Source of the DNA: Azolla caroliniana
Lineage: Eukaryota; Plantae; Polypodiophyta
Length of the DNA stretch: 64,000 nucleotides
Assembly (NCBI GenBank): GCA_043228905.1
Contig: JBHGNT010000002.1
Location: 23,622,001 to 23,686,000, forward strand
Direction of reading: 5' to 3'
The notes under the pieces are model-generated. The model searched no databases. It saw nothing but the letters and a program-made list of their open reading frames with translations, and was not told where the DNA came from. Numbering within the stretch: position 1 is the first letter of the stretch; each line of letters begins with the position of its first letter. Shown in pieces: positions 22,271-33,731 of the stretch. The position numbers were made by a program, and so were the translations under genes.

Positions 22271-25200
22271 TCAAGATCTTGGGATATCTTCAATAACTCC
22301 TTTCCCATCTGATGGATCAAAGAAGAAGTAATTCTTTAGAGGTTCACCTTTCCCCGAAATGGCCTTGAGCAGCTCCTGCAATCAGGTTTTATTTGGGGCG
22401 CACTATTAAAGATATTATTGACACAATAATTCCTCTACAACATAATCATACGGTATAAAATACAATTTTAATAGCTAATATAGTTATTAGAATACTAAAT
22501 ATTAATAATATTAATGATACAGCAGTATAATGTGTAATGCATAACAATATACAAAGTCGAGAAATGAACTGTAATTGACCTCATTTCAACATTAAGAGGA
22601 AATGTAACGTTTTATTTTGTAGAAAAAAAAACATAACAGATATTAAAACTTTTAGCCTATGTTGCATACCTTAGGGAGCTAAAAAGAAAAGATACTGTGT
22701 ATGCCTACAGGCATGAAGAGACGTGCCTATCAATGCAATCATGCAGGATAGATATCCTCTAAACAGTAATACCTGACCAAGGATTCCCCCAATTATAGCA
22801 CATACAGGTGGAAGCTCCCTCGATCCACTACTCAAAAGCTTTTGCAGCATTTTCTCAGGAACCAACATTTCAGAGACTCCCTACATTTAAAATAAAATAA
22901 ACTTTTAACAATTAACAAGATTTCTTGAGATGTTAATTCACCACTATTGAGTCATGATGATGCATCTTTCAGATTGATTCTAATTTAAATTAGATGGCAT
23001 GGCTTGAAATGTTAAGACATCACTATTGAGTTCTGATGCATGATTTGCATGGTAATGTAGGCTGCATTTTCTTTAAACACTATCAATATAACTACTGAGT
23101 CTTGGTGAATGATTGCATCATTGTCATTTAGCGTAGATGGCATTTCTTTAAATGCCAATGCATTTCCTGTTCACCACTGTTGATTCATGATGATGCATCT
23201 TTCAAGTTGATTCTAATTTAAATTGAGACAGCATGTCTTGGAATGTTAAGACATCACTGTTGAGTCCTGATTGCATGATTGCATCTTTATCATTCAATAT
23301 AGACTGCAGTTCTTTAAATGTATCATATAACTATTGAGACATGGTGAATGTTTGCATCAGTGTTGTAGATGGCACTTCTTTAGATGTTAATGTATCACTA
23401 TCAAATCATCACAAAACTCATATGTTGCTTTGTCATTTACCATAGATTTTGTTTCCTGAATTTTTAATGCCAAATAGTTAAATCAGCTGATCCATCTTAC
23501 CTGTGACTCACAAAGTCTCTTCCTTACATCCAATATACTTCTCAAGTCCTCGATGCTCACTTGGCCAGGGATCCGAGAATTCAAGTTTTCAAACTCCTCA
23601 AGAACTACATCAAATGTAAAATCATAAGAGAAAATTTTTCGGTCATAATTATGTACAATTAATCAAACAAGAATTATGTTGCAGAAGTACAGTTACATGT
23701 GAATGTGATCTATATTTCAAAAACGGTTAACTATGCTTACTTTCCAATGCAATGTATATCTAAGAGAACAATGAAGTCAGCTTACTTCTCAATGCAAAGA
23801 AAAGCTTGCTTGCCTTCTTCGGTAGCTTATCCCACCGAGATCCAATAGATTCCTGAAATAAATGAATCAATTAATCAATAATAAATATGGAAATTTAACT
23901 GTGAAAACGATGCATCAGATGGGAAATAACATTACCTCTAGACTACAGTACTGTAAACTTCGCACAGAAGGAGTCTCGTCATCTTTCGCCTGCTATTTAA
24001 GCCATCTAGGGTTTTTCTTCTACCTCTCTCTCCCTCTCAATACATATATGGGGAAACTCTGCAGTACCCTTCAGTTTTCGGCATTCCCAAATTGCTACTA
24101 CGTCTTTGTTATTTCTCTAAATGCCCATGATAAATACTTCTTGACCAATTATTTGGTCATTCATCCCCTTTAGCTCTCCCTCGAGGGTTGACGAGAGGCA
24201 TTTGGAGAAATAACATAAACTGAGGGGCATTTCCATAAATAAACAAAAACTCAAGTGTATTTAGGAAATTTTCCCTATAATATCGATACATACACAGCTA
24301 TACCTTTAGGACATAGGAATGTGTCTGAAGATCAACAAAAATCTCCCCAAAGGGACCTCGGCAATCAATTGTGTAAAACGCAACTTTGTGCTCCCTCTTT
24401 CTACACAGAGAATTCACAAGCATCTGTTGTTCAATGAACAGTTAGATATGCAGTGAGTGGAGATGGAGAGAAAAAAATAAGTAGAAATATAAGTAAATAA
24501 TAGATGTAGAATGATACCCTATACTTCAACGGGGAACGGCCTATAACAACAGCATCAAAATTATCTAAGAACGTAATGGGCTTCTCAGCTAGGATTCCTG
24601 CATTAATTTCTCATAGAGTAACCATTAAGAGTAACAAAATTGTCTAATTGTGCGAAAATATGATTTCATTGGGGAATTGGATGGCACAAAAAATAACACC
24701 TTTCTCAACTGAAACATGAACCATAGGATTGAAATCTTTCAAAGATTCCATACAAACAGTCGCATAATCTCTACTATCATCTTGATCTGCTGACATAAGA
24801 AAATTAGCTGAATCAACAGCTAATCTGCTAGAGGTTTCCTCCATTAAAGTCAAGCTTCCAATCCCAGCCAAAACAATATTCTTGCATAGCTGAAAATTAT
24901 TAAGATACTCAAATAAACTTCAAGAACTACATATAGAAGATGAGATTGATATTAAATTTGTACGATTTCCAATCCTGTATGAGAAAATGTGCATGTGTAG
25001 TACTTGGCATAATAAGCTCAATCAGACCTCTGCCAAAACATTTGACATTCCAATGACTAGAACACGTCCTTTGCTAAGCCTGTACCAAAGACATAGGCTC
25101 AGTTAATTTACACTTGAATTATTCTTAGGCTCAGTTAATTTACACTCGAATTAATCAAAGGATATAAGAACCTAGTCACAAAACAATCTTACTGCACTCT

Positions 25201-27222
25201 TGGAGCAATAACCTGGGCTTATATTAGACGTGCACATCAAGATATGCAAATTATAAACAAAACAAAATTTCCCTGAACTAGAGAGCCTTTGGAAAAAACA
25301 CAAAATTTTCCATGTTAGCATTTGGTGCCTGATACAAACTTTCGGAACATTAAAGGAAAACAGAACTAATAGACAGCAGACCAAGAAAAAAAACAGACTA
25401 AAAGCTGGCCAAAATCAAACTAAGCTTCTCTTCACTCTGTAATTTCTCTCTCCTACGTCTCTACATTAGTTTTAGTAATTTATTTATTTTGGGTGGTTGA
25501 TCTCCAATATGAGAAAAAACGTTTCAAACACAATATTCTCATTGGCCATAAGGATATTTTTGCCTTATAAAGAATAATGTTTCAAGTTCATCAGTTATTA
25601 AACCTTGTGAATCTAACATACAATAATATTCAAAATTTTCTCAATCTTTAGGCTATGATTGGGCTTATTCTTTGCAGTTGTTTATTTTACTGTAAACTTT
25701 GTGCATATCTTTGAACAACATCAATCCCAAAAACAGCTAAAAGTTTACAAGAACTTCAAAAAATAGTGATTTGACAAAAAAGTAGCCTCTAATTTTCTTT
25801 CATTGGATATAAGCTATCCCAAGGCGCAAAGTGAACCATGGCAAATCTTCCAATGTAGAAAATTAAAAGAAAAGCATGTCGAACAAATTTCACAAAGCAA
25901 AGGGCGAACTTTGAAAACGAACTAAATTACTAAAAGAGCTACAAACGCCTCTAGAGAATTAGAAGAATGAAGATGAGGAGGTTGTACCATCAATTTCTAT
26001 GAACACTCCCCTGCAGAATCAAAAAAGAATAAAGAATATGTTCTTAAATGCAAAACAAAGAAGTCTAAACCGAACAGAAGAAAAAAATAGAATGCATCAT
26101 TTGAGAATCATACTATGGAACATAACTAACAATGTTACATTTGCACTGTAGAAAACAGTTGTGAGAAACGACAGAAAAACAAACTGAGAAATCAGAGCAA
26201 TATATTACCAAGCATGTGTAAAATGTTACGTTTTCTAGATAGGTACAATAAAAAAGAAACAGAAAAGAAGATGCAGGATCAGAGAAGCATGTTATGGAGC
26301 ATGGGTAAAACGCTGCACTTGGTACATGGAACAGCTTAAAGAAACAAATACTGAATCATTGAAGCATATTACGAAATATGAGTAAAATGTAATGTTTGCT
26401 ACAAAGAAAACAATGAGAAGAAACACAAAGAAAAACCGAAAAAAAATGAGGAATAAGAGAATAATACACAGGAAACAGTCTGAAGAAACATCTAGAAAAA
26501 AAAAATGGATGATCGGATAAGCATACTATGAAACGTGTGTAAAATTCAGCACTTGCACCATAGAAAACAGTTCAAAAGGAAAACAAAGTCGAAACACAGA
26601 AAACATAATTAGAGAAGCATCAGTAAAATAGAGAGTTAAGAGGACAGAAAGCATAACCAGTGAAGCAAATTACGAAATATGTACGAGATTCTACAATTGC
26701 TTAGCAAAAGTGAAATGAATATTCTGAGAATCATATCATCAATGCGTGTAGTTACTCTGTTTGCAACGCAGACAATGTGTATAGAAAAATGGAATATAAA
26801 AGAATGAGGAAATGCATGATTTGAGAGGGCATATTAGGACGAGCAAAAATGTTCACGAAGTATCCGATCTAGGCATAAAGCCTGGTGTTTGTTCAGTTAT
26901 GCAAGAGACAGCTGAGACGAGAAATAGAGGGAATCAAACAGAACCAAACGAGGAGAGTTGCAGCGAAACGAGCAGAAACGGGACGAGGAGAAACACGGTA
27001 AAACGGAGATAAACAAGGAGAAAGAAGGGGAACGGAGAGAGAGAGAAAGAGAGAGAGTAGAATCGAAGAGAAACAAAAAACGAGTGATTTCCATAAGAAA
27101 TAGAGAGATGGAGGGGAGGAGCTTGACCTTCTCTGAGTTTCTACTCCCCAGACTCGAATCTGACGATCGTAAACGGCTGCTTCTTGCTCGGTCAGAAGCT
27201 CTGCAGGGAGAAGGTCCGCCAT
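22271..27222 (-). CDS. SAE1: SUMO-activating enzyme subunit 1 (Aos1), 324 aa, 10 exons
   Basis: Phase-consistent exons 27222-27128, 25079-25028, 24889-24700, 24597-24518, 24423-24304, 23989-23936, 23852-23786, 23604-23501, 22880-22773 and 22375-22271 total 975 nt. Motifs LTEQEAAVYDRQIRVWG, LCKNIVLAGIGSLTL, LKDFNPMVHV, DCRGPFGEIFVDL and ELPPVCAIIGGILGQELLKAISGKGEPLKNYFFFD. Confidence 0.96.
22930..23450. repeat. Hierarchical tandem repeat in SAE1 intron 8 (~233-bp duplication built from shorter subunits)
   Basis: GATGATGCATCTTTCA..TTGATTCTAATTTAAATT..A..GCATG.CTTG.AATGTTAAGACATCACT.TTGAGT.CTGAT occurs near 22957 and 23189. The sub-unit ACT.TTGAG.C.TG.TGA.TG.TTGCAT recurs. Confidence 0.8.
24050..24275. 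mobile_element. MITE-like element with ~80-bp diverged TIRs in SAE1 intron 5
   Basis: Left arm GGGGAAACT..TACCCTTCAGTTTT...GTTATTTCTCTAAATGCC versus the reverse complement of the right arm, GGGAAAATTT..TACACTTGAGTTTT...GTTATTTCTCCAAATGCC. Confidence 0.7.
26095..26865. repeat. Degenerate ~80-100 bp tandem array in SAE1 intron 1
   Basis: About 9 units with core GAGAAGCATA.TA.GAA..ATGTGTAAAATGTT.C.TTTGC, e.g. near 26101, 26192, 26279, 26359, 26513, 26660, 26723 and 26821. Confidence 0.65.
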
Positions 27223-27618
27223 CGCCGATTAACAAAAGAAGAAACAAATCGCTAAAACTAGAACTGTGTAAAAAGCAGAAAGAAGAAGCAAGAAAGCAGA
27301 AGAAGAAGAAGAAGAAGAAGAAGAAAGAGAAGGAAATTGAAAAGAAGAGAAAACAAAACAAAAAAATCAAATTAGAAGTCATGTTTATTATATTTCCGCA
27401 AAATGCCCCTCTCCCTTCCATTCCATTTTTGCCTCGTATATTTCCCCAAAATGCCCCTCTCCCTTCCAATCCATTTTTTCTCAACTTAATTATAACACTC
27501 GCTCGACTTAATTCCCACTTAATTATAACACTCAATCATGACCCTCGTTATTTATGTAGGAAAGAGAGAGACACACACACAGGGAGCTCTCTCACTCTCT
27601 CTCTCTCTCTCTCTCTCT

Positions 27619-27780
27619 AATTAGCTTACCCTAATGGTAAGTCGTTACACTATTAGCACTATGTCTTGTGTTCGAAACCTAATTTTCTCACTTCTCTATT
27701 ACTTCAAATATATCCCTTAATTCACTAGATGCCATTGTGAACTCCATTGGCCAACCTTACCAACTGAGCTACATTCATCT
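27619..27780 (-). mobile_element. tRNA-derived SINE-like composite repeat (copy with internal deletion)
   Basis: The reverse complement aligns along its length with 60778-60972 (TGTAGCTCAGTTGGTAAGGTTG.CCAATGGAG...TGGCATCTAGTGAA...CGACTTACCA.TAGGGTAAGCTAATT). Confidence 0.75.
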
Positions 27781-27786
27781 AGGCTC

Positions 27787-29573
27787 TTTTTTTCTTTTTT
27801 TATTGGTAAAAGCACGCAATTATATTAACTGTATGTAAAATCTGCTTAGTTACAACACTTCTTAGTCTCCTCTACCTATCATATGCCTATGTAGGGAGAG
27901 GGACGTCCTGTAATGCAATTAGAAAACCTGAATATGCACTTGAGGAAATGCTCTAACATCCAGAAATTCCACATAAGAATGCCTTTCAACTTCTTCATAT
28001 AGACTTTCACACCATGTCTGCTAACAAACATAAAATTGTTACACGTATTCCAATTGTGTTACAATCCCCGATATGGTAAAAACTGGAACGATATCTTCGG
28101 CTCGTCGTTTGGACCATTTTGAATATAATAAGAGAAAACTCATTGTTGAGGCCTCAAATAACAATGGGTTAAAACTTGCCTCGTGTCTTGTAAGTATTTT
28201 CAAATGATATGCGACATAGGACATTTAATGAACCTATGGGTATTGTCCTCCTACAAAATGTCGCCAAAGAAGCACATACCTAACCCTAATCCTTGTCTCT
28301 TTAAGGTTAAACCTAATGGGAGCCCACGAATCGTGACTCTCCATATGAATACCTTTGTATGAAATGACAAATTGGAATGTCAACCATATTGCAATATTTA
28401 GCACCACCTTGCATTTGACTTACATACATTCCACACCATTTTTGCTTTAGGTGATAACCAAGATAATTATGTCATTGCATGATGATACAATATATTCGTA
28501 AGTGACCTGTAACAAGCATGTACCATCCTGTAACCGCCAATCCACCCATCCACCCAACATGCAACACTTGTTTTCATTGGCAAATATCCATGCAACAGTG
28601 ATATATCTTGTGATTTCTTCCAAATAAATCCATAATTTGGGGGAATATATAACCATCAATTAGCATCTTCAAATTTTGGCAACCTTTAGGATTCCTTATC
28701 AACCACATCTCCCAAATCTACAACCCCTAAGAAAATCAAGGTAATGCAACAATCAAGAAGAAATAAGCAAATCATTTTGTAGTGAATTACAAAGTTCGTG
28801 ATCACTTAATGGTGCCCACTCAAAAAAAGATAATGCATCTTACCATGACCTTATTGATCGTTGCTCGTATTGTATCTTTAGAGAAATACATCCGTCAAAG
28901 CAATGACCACGATGATGCATGAATCTTTGTTTTCCCATGGCCTAATCATTCATGCGCAATAAAATATTGCATCATAGATATCCATGGTCAATTTTGTTGA
29001 TGCATATCTCATAATAATGCAAATCTTGAGCCATCAATTGCATTTCCAAATCCAATATTGCCGCACCACCTAAACTTTTGGGAGTAGCCAAATGGTCCCA
29101 TGACTTCTCCCTTCCGCCATAACATGAACAGAAGAGGTTGTAGTGTTTGTAAATGCCTTTTTAGTCCAATGGAGCAGTTGTAAAAAAATATAATAACATG
29201 GGTATTATGATACATTGCACAACTTTGAGTCATACATGAAATGACTATATATTGAAACTTCTAATACATGTATTTGTCTTTCAATTTACTACTAATCTAG
29301 TCAACCAATTGAACGTTTGCAACATCAACATCCAATGGATACCCCAAATGCCAATAAATTGATCATCGTGTAAGCATTGGCCCTCACCACTCCAAATCAC
29401 TCTCCGTACAAGAAATAAAGGCAAGACTTCCTCTAATTTATATGCAACCTTGAAGCCAAGGCGAATTGATCCCAAACTTGCATGCTCGTTTCAAGTTTAT
29501 CTTTGGAGGCTTGTAGAAACATAAATGAATTATCAGCCAATGCTTGGGCCACCAATTGTCCACCAAATGTCAC
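27787..29573 (-). mobile_element. 5'-truncated, decayed L1-clade LINE (RT C-terminal half, zf-RVT, poly-A tail)
   Basis: Minus-strand QLVAQALADNSFMFL...QFALASRLHIN (xADD-box region, ~29430-29560) and SWDHLATPKSLGGAAILDL (~29050-29105). Also KVFIWRVTIRGLPLG...CFF...EDNTHRFIKCP (zf-RVT, ~28200-28360). AATAAA and an A-rich tail lie at ~27787-27804. Confidence 0.85.
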
Positions 29574-29864
29574 TGATGGGTAGAGCAAGGTAGAACTGAA
29601 CAAAGCTAGGCAAGAGCAAAGTAGAGTAGAGCTAGGGCAGATGGCAAGGTATTGAGAGATGAGCAAAAAGCAAAAGATAGAATACTAAGAGATGAGCGAG
29701 AAGCAGAAGATAGATGAATCAGAATATTTGATTCCGTAATTTGCGTTGTTCACCTTGATTGGGATCAAGGTGAACCCCTATATTTATACACGGTGGAGTT
29801 TTGCATGCAAGTAGAGGGAGTTTCATGCAGGAGCTTCTACAAAGTTCTAGAACTTTCTGGAACA
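29574..29864 (-). mobile_element. Short LTR-like sequence (possible solo LTR)
   Basis: TG...CA termini (TGTTCCAGAAAGTTCTAGAA...CTACCCATCA on the - strand) and TATAAATA at 29788-29781. It abuts the truncated LINE. No target-site duplication was seen. Confidence 0.5.
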
Positions 29865-29934
29865 TTAAAAAGAGATATATGAACCTATATGTATTGGCGT
29901 TTACATCATGATTCTATGTTTGATCAATCTGTTA

Positions 29935-30070
29935 GACTAATTGATTACATAAACAAAGTTGTGGGTTCCGAAACCCATATTGATTTGACGTATATATATG
30001 ACATTACTAATTGAGTACATAGACAAAGTCGTGGGTTTGAAACCCATCTCGACTTGACGTGTATATAAAA
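29935..30070 (+). repeat. ~70-bp tandem pair with B-box-like GGTT.GAAACCC
   Basis: ACTAATTGA.TACATA.ACAAAGT.GTGGGTT(CC/T)GAAACCCAT.T.GA.TTGACGT.TATAT occurs at ~29937 and ~30007. Confidence 0.7.
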
Positions 30071-30464
30071 AAGGAAGATGCAAACCCACAATATCACCAC
30101 TGGTTACAAGATCGGACAACGTTACTAACAATGGATGTTTTGCAATAGCAAATAACAATGGACTTATTGGACATCCTCACCCCACGGATCTACTAAGAGA
30201 AACTTTCGGAGTAACTCCACCATTAAGCATCACACAAGATGTTGCAATTTGACCTAGCAAAAAACAGAAGCCGACACATACAAGGACCAAACCCCATATT
30301 ATACATCACGCTCGAGAGGAAAGACTAGCTAATATGAGGATATGCTTTTTCCAAATCTAATTGCACCATAATCATTCCAAATTCTTGATGTGTATGTTGA
30401 GCATAATTGGTAGCCCTTTTAACATTCAATACATTATGGAATATATTTCTACATGCAATAAAAC

Positions 30465-30517
<53 letters not shown>

Positions 30518-31056
30518 CTCCTCAGTGTCCCATGCCATCGAGGGTTGATGCGAGTCATACCTTGGGTTCCGCAAGGATCGCACATGCTTAGCTAACAAGA
30601 TCCATAACTACATCATCGTAGTCTCAAACATAAGTTAAGCCTCCCCTAATAAGAAGGAAGTTAGCAAGCCCTAACGAGTTCACACTTGAGTACTTTATGT
30701 GAAATGGTCAAGTGATAACACACTTAATCGTAATTGAATATTATAATTCATACCCTTGTTCTTTTTAGAATTAACCCACGCGTACTCATCATAAGATTAG
30801 GGAAAACTATGGGGAACCTATATCACGATCAATGATGGTTATGCCCAGAACGCCTTCCTTTGCATATGCATTGTGCATAAAAGACCATTCCATTTTGGCA
30901 AACGCAAATTGCGGCATGACCCCTTAATATTCCAAGAAGGAGAAAATGATTTAACCTTATGATAATGACCCCAACTCTGGCACTACCTAAGGAAACATAC
31001 ATTGAAACATGAACTATCGAAATCCTAGTTATGGAAGTCCACACAACACACGTGCG

Positions 31057-31092
<36 letters not shown>

Positions 31093-31520
31093 TCATGTTA
31101 CCAAACAAGAGATAATACCAACCGTGTTACCCACCAACATGTATAGAAAAGAAACACGTTCCTATTGGCAATATCCCACGTCCTCAAAAAAGCATCTCCC
31201 TATGCTAACAACATGCGAATGAATGCTCGATTCGACCAACCTCAGCTAGAAGGGGTAGACTCATGGAGCTCCAAATTTGGGGTACAGTCACTTCCTTGTG
31301 TATCCGTTGACAGAATCACGGAAAACCACATTCATCATCATCATCATTATCGGCGTCTTATTATTATTATTATTCTTCTTCTTCTTTCTGAGTTGTGTGC
31401 CTCTGGGAGGGTTGGTGCCGAGAGAAGGGCATTTGGGGAAATAACCAAAACCCATGAGGCTGGGCATTTTTGTAATTAAGAGAAACCCCACCCCCACCAT
31501 CACCATCACCAACACATGCT

Positions 31521-31549
31521 AAACCCTAAAACTTCTGCAGAGAACTCCT

Positions 31550-31590
<41 letters not shown>
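31521..31590 (+). promoter_or_regulatory. Telo-box and (CT)n tract in PNO1 promoter/5' leader
   Basis: AAACCCTA at 31521-31528, about 160 bp upstream of the ATG, then (CT)n. Telo-boxes are typical of plant ribosome-biogenesis genes. Confidence 0.6.
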
Positions 31591-31593
<3 letters not shown>

Positions 31594-31679
31594 TCCGGCA
31601 GAGAGCTTCTCTGAGAAGCTTCGACTTCCTCTGCTTTCCTCCCTTCCAGCAGTTTCCTCGCCTGCTTCTTTCTTTCGCC

Positions 31680-33731
31680 ATGGCGGCCACCAAAGTGGCA
31701 ACAGTGCGCGACGAAGCAGAAGCTATGGAAGGCGTCCTTCCACTTCCCCTCAAGCCACAGTTCCAACCTCTGAGCGCGAACGAGATAGGCGGTGGACGGA
31801 TTCAGTTTCGCAAAGTCATCGTCCCCCCTCATCGCTATACTCCCCTGAAACAGCACTGGTTGGAGATCTATACCCCTATCTATGAACAAATGAAGATCGA
31901 TGTACGTATGAATCTCAAGGTTAGTATCGATCCTTTCTTTCTTTCTTTCTCACGTTTATTCGTTATGTCTTCCATTCATCCATCCATTCAGTCTTTGTTC
32001 TTTCTTTCTATTTTTTCCCTTTTAGTTCTTCTTAGTCTATTAATTTTCATAGTTTTTCTCCTCCTGTCAAAGAAATATGAACATCGAGCCGAGTTTTGCG
32101 GTCTTTAATCGCATTCCCTAACTTTCCGGCTATTATACTTCTTCTTTCATGTTTTTCTTTTCTAGTTTTTCTCGGAGCAGCGTTTATTGCTCTGAAAATG
32201 CTAAATTGGATGCTATAAGTACGGGATTCTTAGGAGATGCACGTAGGATAGGAGCCACTGAATCCTATGGTTTAATCATCCGCAGTCCTGTTATCTGTAC
32301 TTCTGTCTTGTCTTAATAAGAAAATAGTTGTAGAGATTGATTTCTAATCACGAGATACTCGTATTAATTTGTTTGAGATGTTGGCAGACAGTTCCCTATA
32401 TCTAGTACTTCTATGTTTTCAATTTTATTTGGCTATAGGTAGTTGGATCAATAATCATTATTCCTTTATGTTTTTAATGAGATTTTAATTGAGATACTGC
32501 CGCTGACTTAAAATCCTAAAAATGTATTCATGATGTTGAGCAATAAAGTCAATGTTAGAGAACTGTTAATAGAAATGTCAGAACTTATACTGGCTTGTTT
32601 GAGAACTTCATGCAATATGTTCTATGGTGATGTCTTCTCATATCTGTGTATATACAGTTCCAAAACTGGAATTTTACTTTTTTCAAATTATACTCAGTTC
32701 AGTCTTCCAAACATTAATATTTAATGGCATTCGAAACATTAATCTTTAATGGGCTTGATTCTATTTTAGACATTTTTTCACCTGTGCCCAGTGTATTTTT
32801 TCTAGTCAATTTTGTCGCCTTATCTTCTATTCATATAAAACTCAAACTGCTTTTATATTAAACCTAACTAAGGTCAGTGTCTGCATTTTCCTTTCTCAGT
32901 TTTGAAAACTCTGCTCCTCTAGTTATTATGGGTACTGGAAACTATGGATATGTACAAAATCAAGGCTGCCATCATGAGCGTTATCTTCTGAAATGTCAAG
33001 TGTGCTAATTCGAAGCCACTATCTTGCATTGGTTATCTCCATAAACAGTCGTGTCACTCTGTGCACGTGCCTGAAAACAGGAATTATATTTGTTTACCAA
33101 GTGTATTCCCTAAACCCTAAAGAAGATGCAGGGATACCTGGAAAAACAAAAGGTTTTGTGGTGATGCATGTCCTATGATAGATATATTTGAAGATTAGGA
33201 AAGAACGACTTTGTATTTTTTGTTACTCTAAATTTGTATTGTTTCTTTTTATTTTTTACTTGATGACAATGATGACCATTGAGAAACACTTGAAATTATT
33301 TTATGCAGACTCGAAAAGTAGAACTGAAGACAAGGAAAGATACACCTGATGCTGGCTCACTCCAGAAATGCGCTGATTTTGTTCATGCATTCATGCTTGG
33401 GTTTGAGATTGCGGATGCTCTGGCCCTGTTGAGGCTCGATGATCTCTATGTGGAATCTTTCGAGATCAAAGATGTGAAGACATTGAAAGGGGATCATTTA
33501 TCACGTGCTATTGGTCGGCTCTCTGGTAAAGGAGGCAAAACTAAGTTTGCAATTGAAAATTCAACTAAAACGCGAGTTGTGTTAGCGGATACACGTATAC
33601 ATATACTGGGGTCTTTTGCAAACATCCGGGTTGCTAGAGATGCTTTGTGTAGCCTTATTTTGGGGTCTCCAGCTGGGAAAGTGTATTCAAAATTGAGAAC
33701 TGTAGCTACCAGACTAGCAGAGAAATATTGA
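31680..33731 (+). CDS. PNO1: RNA-binding KH-domain protein PNO1/DIM2 (pre-40S biogenesis), 220 aa, 2 exons
   Basis: Exon 1 31680-31919 (AAG|GTTAGT) and exon 2 33309-33731 (TGCAG|ACT). Motifs VPPHRYTPLKQHWLEIYTPI, KDVKTLKGDHLSRAIGRLSGKGGKTKFAIEN and LILGSPAGKVYSKLR. Confidence 0.97.

Noticed and set aside
26897-27620. 212-aa and 220-aa ORFs overlapping SAE1 exon 1
   Set aside because: Low-complexity readings of CT/GA-rich 5' UTR, promoter and intron sequence with no domain-like content.
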